A stretch of DNA of 64,000 nt from Ignavibacteria bacterium (lineage in GTDB: Bacteria; Bacteroidota; Ignavibacteria; Kapaibacteriales; Kapaibacteriaceae): positions 55,151 through 119,150 of the forward strand of contig JABMNI010000014.1 of NCBI GenBank assembly GCA_013204605.1, in the 5' to 3' direction. The translations under genes were made by a program, and so were the position numbers. This document shows positions 38,382 to 47,195 of the stretch, piece by piece; position 1 is the first letter of the stretch, and each line of letters begins with the position of its first letter. The notes beneath the pieces are model-generated. The model searched no databases. It was not told where the DNA came from and saw only the letters and a program-made list of their open reading frames with translations.

Positions 38382-40400
38382 TTATTTCGAGCGCGGAGTT
38401 TCAATTATTACTTGAACAGTTCGCGAAAGCTGACGTCCAATCGGGGCATCATTATTAAATATTTCTGTCGATTCTCCAACGCCTAGGGCAGTGTATTTAG
38501 CATCCTTCGCCTTTGCCATCAACGTATTCTTAACCGTTTCAGCGCGATCCATCGATAACTTTTTATTGTACTCATCCGATCCAATTCTGTCTGTGTATCC
38601 AATGATGCTGACCTTTGAATTAGACTTGATGGATGGTAAAACCATTTGCTCAAGGATGCGCGAGTTTTCTGGCGTTAAATCAGATTTATCGAAGTCGAAG
38701 AGTACCAACGAATATTTATCGATGGTTTTATCGGGAAGGTTTTCGGTTTTCTTGCGGACACTACTTATGTACTCAACAGGCAACGATCCGAAAGAAGTAG
38801 CTGAATCACCATCGCCAGATACAGCCGTGAATTCATAGTCGATTGGAACTTGCGATGCCGATAATTCATTCGGGCGTACAACCCAGCTAATAGCATCGGC
38901 TTTTCCATTTGCTTTTACTTCGCGAAGTGTGCGTCCGGCCTGAGAAATATTCAATGACCAACTTTCAATTGAATCTGCATTGTCGTACACAGGGTGAAAC
39001 TGCATAACATCTGGCGTTGCAATGCGTTGGTTATCTGCTGCAATAACTACCGGTGCAAGAACATCTGGAACGTTGCTTGAAAGCTCTATCCTTCTATTCT
39101 CAGCAATACCATCGGGTGTTGTGGAAGAGGAAGGCTTGGCGGGCGTAGCCGTTGTGCGTGTTACAATTCTATCCTCCGAAATTCCAAACCCATTAACCAA
39201 ATATTGTTTTGCCCACATAGCACGCTGTTCGCCCAAAGCTTTGTTTTTGCTTTCTTGTTTGCCATCGGTAGTACCGGTAATGGTCAACGTGGCATTTGGA
39301 TACTTGCGCATTCGGCTGCCAACAATATTCAACATGTTTTTGTTAACCACGATTGCATCTTGCGGTAAACTTTCAGCCAAGAACTCACCCTGCTCTTTTT
39401 GTGCAGCCGGTTCGGCCTGCAAAGATGCATCAGGAGATGCGCTACCCTCTGTACAAAAAACGTACGGAAGCAACGGAAACATCTCGTTGTACTGCAAATC
39501 CTCTACCGCCACGTTGCGAACCGCATACTGATTTCCATCCGTATTTCGTGCAGTAATTCTATCAATTCGAGTCCCAAATTTTGGTCGGTCTGCGGTAGGG
39601 GGCGGTGCAGCTGTAACAATGCCAAAACTTATATTAATTCCTACGCGCAATTGTCCAACCTTCCAAGGAGTGTTGTTAACATCGGATGAAACGTTTGAAA
39701 GCGGCAGACGGTACGAGATTTCCGGCTGTAGCCACCATTTGTCGCCCAGCTTAAATGTGTAGCCAGCGCCAAGCATAAGTGCCGTGCGAATGTTTGAGTT
39801 AATAATCTCTGTCGAGCCAGCGGTATTTTCTGTTGCTACACCTTGTTCGGCAACGCGAAGTTCAGTGGTCTGCGCAACAGACGATCCAAGTCCGAAACCA
39901 AATTCGAGTCCACCAAGCAAATACACCGGAACCGATCCAAACAAATCGTACACTTCAATTCCTGGCGAAACCTCAAGTAAGGTTGATGAGGCATTCCAAG
40001 CGTGGTATAAAACTGAGTCGACTCCCACGGGCTGACGCTGATTACTTGATGACGAAATAGTATTTATCCCCAACCTGCCCGTAAAATGAAACATCCGATT
40101 TATCGGAATGCCTACAAGTAGACCACCAACAAAAACTGTGTGTGTGTTTCCTTCAGCGTATCTTAACGTGTTGTTAGCATATCTAGTGAGAAGCGGTGCA
40201 GCCGGCGTAGTTTTTTGCCAGACCAAAACAGACGGACTTGAAAAGTTGAAACCTAGTGCCCCGAAAATGCCAATTCTGGCCGGGGGTACCAGGGTTTCTT
40301 CAACTCCTGTCATAGTAGTATCAGCCGAAAAGCCCCTTACCGAGAAAAATAGAAGTGACACCGTTACGATTGCCAGAAATTTACGAGTCATAGAATTCAT
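38382..40400 (-). CDS. OmpA-family outer-membrane protein with an N-terminal beta-barrel and two OmpA-like C-terminal domains
   Basis: 672 aa with a signal peptide. Two peptidoglycan-binding OmpA-like modules (...ITGTTDGKQESKNKALGEQRAMWAKQYL..ENRRIELSS and ...IIGYTDRIGSDEYNKKLSMDRAETVKN...). Paralogous to the 43592..45592 protein. Confidence 0.7.
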   Translation of the reverse strand: MNSMTRKFLAIVTVSLLFFSVRGFSADTTMTGVEETLVPPARIGIFGALGFNFSSPSVLVWQKTTPAAPLLTRYANNTLRYAEGNTHTVFVGGLLVGIPINRMFHFTGRLGINTISSSSNQRQPVGVDSVLYHAWNASSTLLEVSPGIEVYDLFGSVPVYLLGGLEFGFGLGSSVAQTTELRVAEQGVATENTAGSTEIINSNIRTALMLGAGYTFKLGDKWWLQPEISYRLPLSNVSSDVNNTPWKVGQLRVGINISFGIVTAAPPPTADRPKFGTRIDRITARNTDGNQYAVRNVAVEDLQYNEMFPLLPYVFCTEGSASPDASLQAEPAAQKEQGEFLAESLPQDAIVVNKNMLNIVGSRMRKYPNATLTITGTTDGKQESKNKALGEQRAMWAKQYLVNGFGISEDRIVTRTTATPAKPSSSTTPDGIAENRRIELSSNVPDVLAPVVIAADNQRIATPDVMQFHPVYDNADSIESWSLNISQAGRTLREVKANGKADAISWVVRPNELSASQVPIDYEFTAVSGDGDSATSFGSLPVEYISSVRKKTENLPDKTIDKYSLVLFDFDKSDLTPENSRILEQMVLPSIKSNSKVSIIGYTDRIGSDEYNKKLSMDRAETVKNTLMAKAKDAKYTALGVGESTEIFNNDAPIGRQLSRTVQVIIETPRSK

Positions 40401-40521
40401 GTATCTGAGTGTGGTAATTGAATGTTAGGTTGCGAGCAACAAAACTACGGCATTATGTTTGTTAGGTGACATGCGCTGTAGATTTGAGCGGTGTGACTTG
40501 TGAATTACGAAAGGGAATACA

Positions 40522-41202
40522 ATGAAAATGCTACAACTTTTGATCCCCACACTTGTTGTGTTAGGGCTGTTTAGCCCTAGATACGCCAAAGCTGAGGACA
40601 AAAATAGTGGAGAGGGGCTAAAAATTGGAGCGTATTTGGGTCCGTCTGTTCCGAGTGATAACCTCAAACAGGTCTATGAACTAGCCAACTTCAAGGATCA
40701 AAGTGTTGCATATGATTTTGCGACAAGTTTGGGTTTTCACGTTGGAGCTAGGGCGAGATATGGTTGGACGGAGGCATTAAGTTTTTGTGGCGGTGTTCAG
40801 TACACTAAGTTTCCCGATCAAAACATTGTGTTTACAAACGGTCAAGGGGTGCGTTATGAAATACAAACCACCACAAATATTATCCCTGTGTTTGCCGGAT
40901 TAACTTTTTTCCCATTTCAATTTGTTGCCACCCCGTACTTCAGCGGTGAGGTGTTGTATTCATATAGGTCCACCTCGGTATCTAACGGAAAATCGATATT
41001 ACAGGATGTACTTTCTCCAGGTACTGAACTGGAACCAAAACAATCTAGGGCCGGAGCGGCGCTTGCGTTTGGTATAGAGTTACACCTTGCCGGACTTCAA
41101 CCATTTGTGGAAGCGAAGTACATAATGAGCAACCTGGTGGGGAAAGCCGATGGCGAACTAGACCGATCATTTCTAAACATCAGCGTAGGATTGATTTTTT
41201 GA
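40522..41202 (+). CDS. Small outer-membrane beta-barrel protein (OmpW/porin-like)
   Basis: 226 aa. Signal peptide with AKA cleavage motif. Alternating amphipathic strands. Ends ISVGLIF with a C-terminal Phe. Confidence 0.55.
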   Translation: MKMLQLLIPTLVVLGLFSPRYAKAEDKNSGEGLKIGAYLGPSVPSDNLKQVYELANFKDQSVAYDFATSLGFHVGARARYGWTEALSFCGGVQYTKFPDQNIVFTNGQGVRYEIQTTTNIIPVFAGLTFFPFQFVATPYFSGEVLYSYRSTSVSNGKSILQDVLSPGTELEPKQSRAGAALAFGIELHLAGLQPFVEAKYIMSNLVGKADGELDRSFLNISVGLIF

Positions 41203-42652
41203 ATCGTAGGTAAAAGGGAATTCCAATTGCCAACAATACTACGCCGTACAGCGAATTTATAATAGGATCTTCGCCTCTGGCATGCCCATCGATGTATTGT
41301 TGAACGTCTGCCACGATTGAAAAAATCAGAAAAACAATGGCAAAAACTATAAAGACAATAGGAACGGTAGGGTAGCCCCATACTCTATATGGTCGGTCGG
41401 CCGTCGGCATTTTCTTCCTCAGAATAAACACCCCATAAGCCCCTAAACCATAAAAAGCCCAGCTAACAAAAATGAGCATCTCAGTTAGCATATCAAAAGT
41501 GCCGCTGAAAACTAACACACAGGTCCACACACATTGCCAGAGCAAAGCCTTGGATGGTGTGTGAAATTTAGGGTGGATATAGTTTACACGTCTAAAAAAG
41601 AAGCCATCCTTTGCCATGGCAAAAAATACTCTTGCGCTAGCAAGAATGGTTCCGTTGGAAGTGCCGAGGGTGGAAATCATAACGGCAATTGCAACGAACG
41701 TCAGACCCCATTTACCCATTACTATTTGTGCTACGTCGGCCGCAACACTTTCAGAACTCATTAGGGAATCGATAGGCAGAATGTATAGGTAGGCAAGATT
41801 GATGAGGGCGTAAACGAAGATTATGGAAATCGAACCGATCATCAGGGCTTTTGGAATGTTGCGTTGAGGTTCCTTTATCTCGCCGGCCACATAGGTTATA
41901 CTGTTCCATCCGTCGTAGGCCCACAGCGCCTTATTCATGGTGAGTACCACTGCACCAATCAACGCCATACCAACGGGCACACCTTGTTTTGAGGCTTCGA
42001 ACAAATTCACGGTATTGCCTTCACCAAACATAAATGCGGCGGCAACTAACACAAGTATGGCCACAATTTTTGAAACAGTGAAAATCGACTGAAAAATTCC
42101 GCCCTCTTTTACCCCGAGGTAGTTCACCATGGTAAGCACTGCAACAGACCCTACGGTGAGCAGCTTGATTCCGAGTTCTTGAAGCGGATAGATGGTTCCA
42201 AATGGGAGCGGCACAGCAAGACTTCGCCACGTTTCTTCGGGCAGATTGAAAAGTGGGAAAATGGAATTGAAGTAGTAAGCAAAGACATAGGTGATGGAGG
42301 CAATCGATCCTGTTTGAATTACGAAGAACAGCGCCCAGCCATACATAAATGCGGTAAAGTCGCCGTACATAATTCTGAAGTATTCGTATTGACCGCCGGT
42401 TGAGGGTATTACACCTGACACCTCAGCATTCGTCAACGCACCGAATAGTGTCACAATACCGGCCCCCAGCCATACCAACAGCAGCAGTTCCGGCGAGCGG
42501 ACTAGGGCGGCCATCGAAGACGGGTTTTTGAAAATTCCCGACCCAATAACACTTCCTATAACAATCATGGTAGTGGTAAACAGACCTAATTGCTTAAGAA
42601 GTACTGCCTTTTGGTTGACCGGTTTTCCCATAGTATTGTGTATTGAGGGCAA
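41180..42652 (-). CDS. Amino-acid permease (APC superfamily)
   Basis: 490 aa, 12 predicted TM segments. N-terminal GLFTTTMIVIGSVIGSGIF is typical of APC transporters. Confidence 0.8.
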   Translation of the reverse strand: MPSIHNTMGKPVNQKAVLLKQLGLFTTTMIVIGSVIGSGIFKNPSSMAALVRSPELLLLVWLGAGIVTLFGALTNAEVSGVIPSTGGQYEYFRIMYGDFTAFMYGWALFFVIQTGSIASITYVFAYYFNSIFPLFNLPEETWRSLAVPLPFGTIYPLQELGIKLLTVGSVAVLTMVNYLGVKEGGIFQSIFTVSKIVAILVLVAAAFMFGEGNTVNLFEASKQGVPVGMALIGAVVLTMNKALWAYDGWNSITYVAGEIKEPQRNIPKALMIGSISIIFVYALINLAYLYILPIDSLMSSESVAADVAQIVMGKWGLTFVAIAVMISTLGTSNGTILASARVFFAMAKDGFFFRRVNYIHPKFHTPSKALLWQCVWTCVLVFSGTFDMLTEMLIFVSWAFYGLGAYGVFILRKKMPTADRPYRVWGYPTVPIVFIVFAIVFLIFSIVADVQQYIDGHARGEDPIINSLYGVVLLAIGIPFYLRFKKSILR

Positions 42653-42691
42653 GCTGAAAGAAAGCGAGAACTTTTCGTATGTTCACGAAAT

Positions 42692-43465
42692 ATGATTATC
42701 GCCGCAATAATAGGGATAGTAATTGGTTACTTGATAGCCATCCCCCCAGGTCCTGTGGGAATGGCTGCCATTCGCACAGGAATTAGGCACGGATGGCACG
42801 CTTCGCTGCGTTTGGCAGCCGGTGCAGGACTGTTCGACATTCTGTATTGTGCCGGAGCAATGCTTGCCACGTCAGCAATTGTGGGTCAGCTGAAAGTTCT
42901 AGAGTCTTCAAGTCCAGTTATCACCGTATGTATTCAACTAGCCATTGTTGGAGTTATAATAGTATTCGGCATTATTCAAATGCGCGAAAAGCACCCTGAA
43001 TTCCTAGATAAAGACGTTTTGGAGGGTCGTAATGCACCTCCTAAACCCCGACCGGCACTACCTACAATTAAGGCTCATTGGCTCGGTGCCGACTTCATTA
43101 AACGGATCAAAAGGAATGGACCCTTTTTCATTGGAATAGGGTTTGCCATAGCAAATCTTGCCAATCCTGCCTTTGTGCCATCGTTAGCTGCTTTGTCTGC
43201 ATTTATTCAGAAAATCGAAATTTTCCCCGACACATTCGTGAATGCAATTGTTTTTGCTGTGGGGTTTGGATTGGGAAACATGCTTTGGTTAGCAACGCTT
43301 TCTAAAATAATCATCATGAATCGCGAAAAAATGACACCAACATTTATCAAGCGCATTCAGCAGGTAAGTGGTGCAACGCTGATAAGTTTCGGAACTATAT
43401 ACGGATTGCGTATTCTTGCAATTACAAAGTGGACCGATATTTACAGGCTGGTTTTTGCATTTTGA
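42692..43465 (+). CDS. LysE/RhtB-type amino-acid exporter family membrane protein
   Basis: 257 aa. N-terminal IPPGPVGMAAIRTG motif of LysE-type translocators. 6 predicted TM segments. Confidence 0.55.
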   Translation: MIIAAIIGIVIGYLIAIPPGPVGMAAIRTGIRHGWHASLRLAAGAGLFDILYCAGAMLATSAIVGQLKVLESSSPVITVCIQLAIVGVIIVFGIIQMREKHPEFLDKDVLEGRNAPPKPRPALPTIKAHWLGADFIKRIKRNGPFFIGIGFAIANLANPAFVPSLAALSAFIQKIEIFPDTFVNAIVFAVGFGLGNMLWLATLSKIIIMNREKMTPTFIKRIQQVSGATLISFGTIYGLRILAITKWTDIYRLVFAF

Positions 43466-43591
43466 GTTATAGCAAATCATTTAACACCGGCCCTGTACAT
43501 TTCCAGTGTAACTACTTATATTAGTGCTGGGTTTTACCTCGACCCAGTTAAAATCAGCAGCTCAGTCTTTTTTGAGAGATTTAGGAACAGT

Positions 43592-45592
43592 ATGAAAATT
43601 CTCGGCGTTGTTGTCCTCCTCGCCGTGACGGTTGGTGTTCATTGTTTGAACGCTCAGATCCCCTCGATAGGTTTGAAAGGGGGCATGCACTATGTGTTCA
43701 ATACGTCAACCTTGCCTGTATTAGCCGGCAGTTCCGATTGTGGAACATTTTCAGACGGAGTTGCCAACGGATTTTTTGGTGGCCTTACAGGTGAATACAG
43801 TTTGTTTGGCGATGCGCTTGAGGTAACCGGCGCAATTGTGTATTCAAATCGGCCCGCGTCACTTATCGTTCGAAGCACTGATAATTTTGAAGTTTTAGAT
43901 CCGCGAACAAACAGTTTTGTTAGCCTTGAGCGCGAACATGTTTTTACAAGTAAGCTTGGATATGTTGCCGTAGAGGCTGGGTTACGATCGCGTCCGCTCG
44001 ACTTTCTACCTATATACGTACGAACTGTGTTCGACGCGGGAAATCCGATAGTCGATGCAACGTATACGCAAACAGAAGAAATTATTTCTCCAAGCGGTGT
44101 GTTATTTCCCGAGGGTCTGAAGCGTAGGACCATTGGATCGGGCGAGTATCCAGGCCTCGGCACAGCATACGGAGTAACAGGCGCAATTGGCGCCGTTATA
44201 GAAATTGCTAAAAATATTGAGTTGTGTCCGGAAGTATCGTTCCGCTACGGACTAAACAACCTTACCTCACAGGCCGAATGGAAACAGTCTTTCGCTTCAG
44301 CAGGAATTCAACTTAGATACCGGATGAACGATGACGAGGCACCGCCTCCGCCTCCGCCTCCGCCTCCGCCTCCGCCTCCTCCGCCTCCGCCTCCTCCTCC
44401 GCCACCGGTTGTAGCTGAAGTTGTGGTTCCGGTACCGCCGGTATTGATTGCATCAATATCCACAAAGCCCCTTGAAATTCAAGAAACAGTGGTCACGCAG
44501 ACATATCCGTTATTGCCGTATCTGTTTTTCGAAGCGGGGAATGGAGCCATTCCATCGAAATATGTATCTAGTGGCGATGTTGCTGAGTTCTCAGAAGCTA
44601 GCTTGCCAAAATCGACGTTAACGATTTACTACAGAATGTTGGACGTAATTGGAAGTCGGATGCAGCGCAATCAGAAAGCAGTGTTGAATGTAACCGGTGC
44701 TACCGACGGCCAGGAAAAAGGTTCTGCTCCAGAGAGAAAAATACTCGCAACGAACAGAGCGAACGCTGTAGTTACGTATTTAAAACAGCGATGGAATATT
44801 TCTGACAATCGATTTGTTACCAAGGTAATCGACAAACCATCGTTGGTTTCGAATGAAAAATATGCCGAGGGTAACGAAGAAAACCGCCGTGTTGAGTTAA
44901 GTTCATCCGACCCGTCAATTACCGGACCCGTCCTCCATACCAAGTTCCTGGAATGGGTGCCCGTTCAGCCGTCGCACGATTTCAGCATATCCGTCAACGA
45001 ACCCGCAGCCGCCACAAAATGGGATCTCAAAGTATCGCATGCCGATGTTATTGTTGGTGGTAAGGGGGCTTTGGGGAGCCCACCAGATAGAGTAACATTT
45101 AAGCTTGATCAGGCCACTACAGATAAATTGGGTCCGATAATTAAAGTGTCGGGCAATTTAGAAGCTTCTTTGGAAATCCAAAGGCAATCAAACGAACCGG
45201 TAGTTGCACAAACAACCTTTTCAATTAAAAAATCTGTAAGTAATTTCGAAGTTAGTAGACTAAGCTTGATAGTATTCGATTATGACCGAGCAGACATAAG
45301 TGAGTTGAATAAGGAAATGATGCGTAAGGTTGTTTCGAGTGCTGTGCGCGAAGGAAGTACTTCAACTATTCATGGATCGACAGACCGACTCGGTGAGAAC
45401 AGCCATAATATGGAGCTCTCTGCAAACCGAGCAAAAAGTGTTGAGAGTTTTGTGAAAGCGATGGTTCCACAGTTAAAGGTTGATGAGGTTCGTGGAATGG
45501 GAGCATCGGATTTACCGTATGACAACAATTTGCCCGAAGGCAGATTTTATTGCAGGACAGTTTCATTAATAATAACCACTCCGTTGAGGTAA
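43592..45592 (+). CDS. OmpA-family outer-membrane protein with a poly-proline linker and two OmpA-like domains (paralogue of 38382..40400)
   Basis: 666 aa with a signal peptide. A run of more than 20 consecutive Pro. OmpA-like modules: ...VTGATDGQEKGSAPERKILATNRANAVVTYL..ENRRVELSS and ...IHGSTDRLGENSHNMELSANRAKSVESFV.... Confidence 0.7.
   Translation: MKILGVVVLLAVTVGVHCLNAQIPSIGLKGGMHYVFNTSTLPVLAGSSDCGTFSDGVANGFFGGLTGEYSLFGDALEVTGAIVYSNRPASLIVRSTDNFEVLDPRTNSFVSLEREHVFTSKLGYVAVEAGLRSRPLDFLPIYVRTVFDAGNPIVDATYTQTEEIISPSGVLFPEGLKRRTIGSGEYPGLGTAYGVTGAIGAVIEIAKNIELCPEVSFRYGLNNLTSQAEWKQSFASAGIQLRYRMNDDEAPPPPPPPPPPPPPPPPPPPPPPVVAEVVVPVPPVLIASISTKPLEIQETVVTQTYPLLPYLFFEAGNGAIPSKYVSSGDVAEFSEASLPKSTLTIYYRMLDVIGSRMQRNQKAVLNVTGATDGQEKGSAPERKILATNRANAVVTYLKQRWNISDNRFVTKVIDKPSLVSNEKYAEGNEENRRVELSSSDPSITGPVLHTKFLEWVPVQPSHDFSISVNEPAAATKWDLKVSHADVIVGGKGALGSPPDRVTFKLDQATTDKLGPIIKVSGNLEASLEIQRQSNEPVVAQTTFSIKKSVSNFEVSRLSLIVFDYDRADISELNKEMMRKVVSSAVREGSTSTIHGSTDRLGENSHNMELSANRAKSVESFVKAMVPQLKVDEVRGMGASDLPYDNNLPEGRFYCRTVSLIITTPLR
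44342..44408 (+). repeat. Hexanucleotide simple-sequence repeat (CCGCCT/CCTCCG)n encoding poly-Pro
   Basis: ccgcctccgcctccgcctccgcctccgcctcctccgcctccgcctcctcctccgccaccg. It is in frame inside the OmpA-family gene. Confidence 0.85.
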
Positions 45593-45595
45593 AAA

Positions 45596-47155
45596 ATGCA
45601 ACGAAGAGACCTTTTTAAACGACTATCGCTCTTGAATGAGCGAACCACGTCGCCCCCTTCACTCCAATTGGTTGAAGCCGGAGTTGAAGAACATACCGAT
45701 CCACTCACCCTGTCCGACGTGCTACACCTGCTGCGAAGAATGGGTTTTGGTGCCACCATGCCGCAGGCGAAATTGCTAGTTGGAAAGCGAGCGGCCGAGG
45801 TGGTAGATGCGTTGTTGGGAGCTGATGAGGAACCGGATTTGCCGTCGCCAGGTGCGTGGACAGATACAGCCACAGAAAATCCGTTGGGGGCTGATTTGCA
45901 AACGCGCGGTCAGATTTATAACACGTGGGACCAGAACTGGAAGAAGCTGGGTAATTGGTGGTTACTGGAAATGGCTAACGATACCAAGGCAGTTGAAAAA
46001 TTGACTCTATTTTGGAGTGGGCATTGGACGTCGGAGTATTCGTTCGATGAGACATTTAGTGTCCCGCAAACGTTGTACCGTCAGTACAAAACCATTCGCA
46101 AGAATCGCTTGACAGGATTTCAGAAGATGGCGTTAGAGATGACGGTTGACAATGCGATGGTGAATTATTTAGGCGGTACCTATAACGAAGTGGGCAAGCC
46201 GAACGAGAACTATGCACGCGAGCTTATGGAGTTGTTTACCTTGGGAATCGGTTTTTATACCGAAGGTGATGTTAAAGAAGCTGCCAGGGTACTTACAGGT
46301 TGGAAGTCATCAAAGTATTCCGATGAGCCGGCACCAAATGGGATTTACGGTACGTGGTTCAACGCGGCGCGGCACGATATCGGGGCGAAACAGTTTATGG
46401 GTCAGACGATTTCCGCACGTACCAACGATAACAACACCGAATTCCAAGTAAAAAATGAAGAAATTGGCAGGCTCATCGATATTATTTTCACGGTAAGAGC
46501 CGACAATGTTTCAAGATTTATTAGCGAAAAAGTATACCGATATTTTGTATACAGCGCAAAAGGAGAGGCAGATCCGGTGATTATTGAAGGCCTGGCAAAA
46601 CCTTTCCGTGATGGAGGTTTTGAAATGAGAATTCTTTTCAAAAAATTATTTACAAGCAAGCATTTTTTCGATCCTGCATTGCGCGGTGCTCAAATAAAAA
46701 CTCCGGTTGAGTTTGTTGTTGGACTACTCCGACAATTAGGTGTCACTAATGCCGATCCGCAAAGTTGGACGGGTAAGATGGATCAATTTATGTTGGATCC
46801 ACCAAACGTTGCGGGGTGGCCTGGTTATCGTACGTGGATTAGCACTAATACCTATCCGCAGCGACGCCAGTTTGCACTTGAAGTAATTAAGGCAATGTCT
46901 GACGCGCGAGCAAACTCTTTCATCAAAGAATTCGATGATTACTCAGATGTAAAGAAATTTATCGCTAACGTTTGCAATTACTTGTTTCCGGTGGAAGTAA
47001 CTCAGGAGCGATTAGATTTCTACAAAAACTCGTTGCTTGGTGGAGCTCCTGATTATGACTGGCCCGTAATTTTAAACACACCTTCTAGTTCTGCAGCCAA
47101 GTTTAGAAATATGCTAAACACAATGGCTAAAGCACCGGATTTCCAACTCTGTTAA
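45596..47155 (+). CDS. DUF1800 family protein
   Basis: 519 aa. LHLLRRMGFGAT motif near the N-terminus, as in DUF1800. Immediately followed by a DUF1501 gene, which is the known conserved pairing. Confidence 0.6.
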   Translation: MQRRDLFKRLSLLNERTTSPPSLQLVEAGVEEHTDPLTLSDVLHLLRRMGFGATMPQAKLLVGKRAAEVVDALLGADEEPDLPSPGAWTDTATENPLGADLQTRGQIYNTWDQNWKKLGNWWLLEMANDTKAVEKLTLFWSGHWTSEYSFDETFSVPQTLYRQYKTIRKNRLTGFQKMALEMTVDNAMVNYLGGTYNEVGKPNENYARELMELFTLGIGFYTEGDVKEAARVLTGWKSSKYSDEPAPNGIYGTWFNAARHDIGAKQFMGQTISARTNDNNTEFQVKNEEIGRLIDIIFTVRADNVSRFISEKVYRYFVYSAKGEADPVIIEGLAKPFRDGGFEMRILFKKLFTSKHFFDPALRGAQIKTPVEFVVGLLRQLGVTNADPQSWTGKMDQFMLDPPNVAGWPGYRTWISTNTYPQRRQFALEVIKAMSDARANSFIKEFDDYSDVKKFIANVCNYLFPVEVTQERLDFYKNSLLGGAPDYDWPVILNTPSSSAAKFRNMLNTMAKAPDFQLC

Positions 47156-47195
47156 TTGTACTTGAACCATTGAATAACGAATTATAGGTAGCGCG

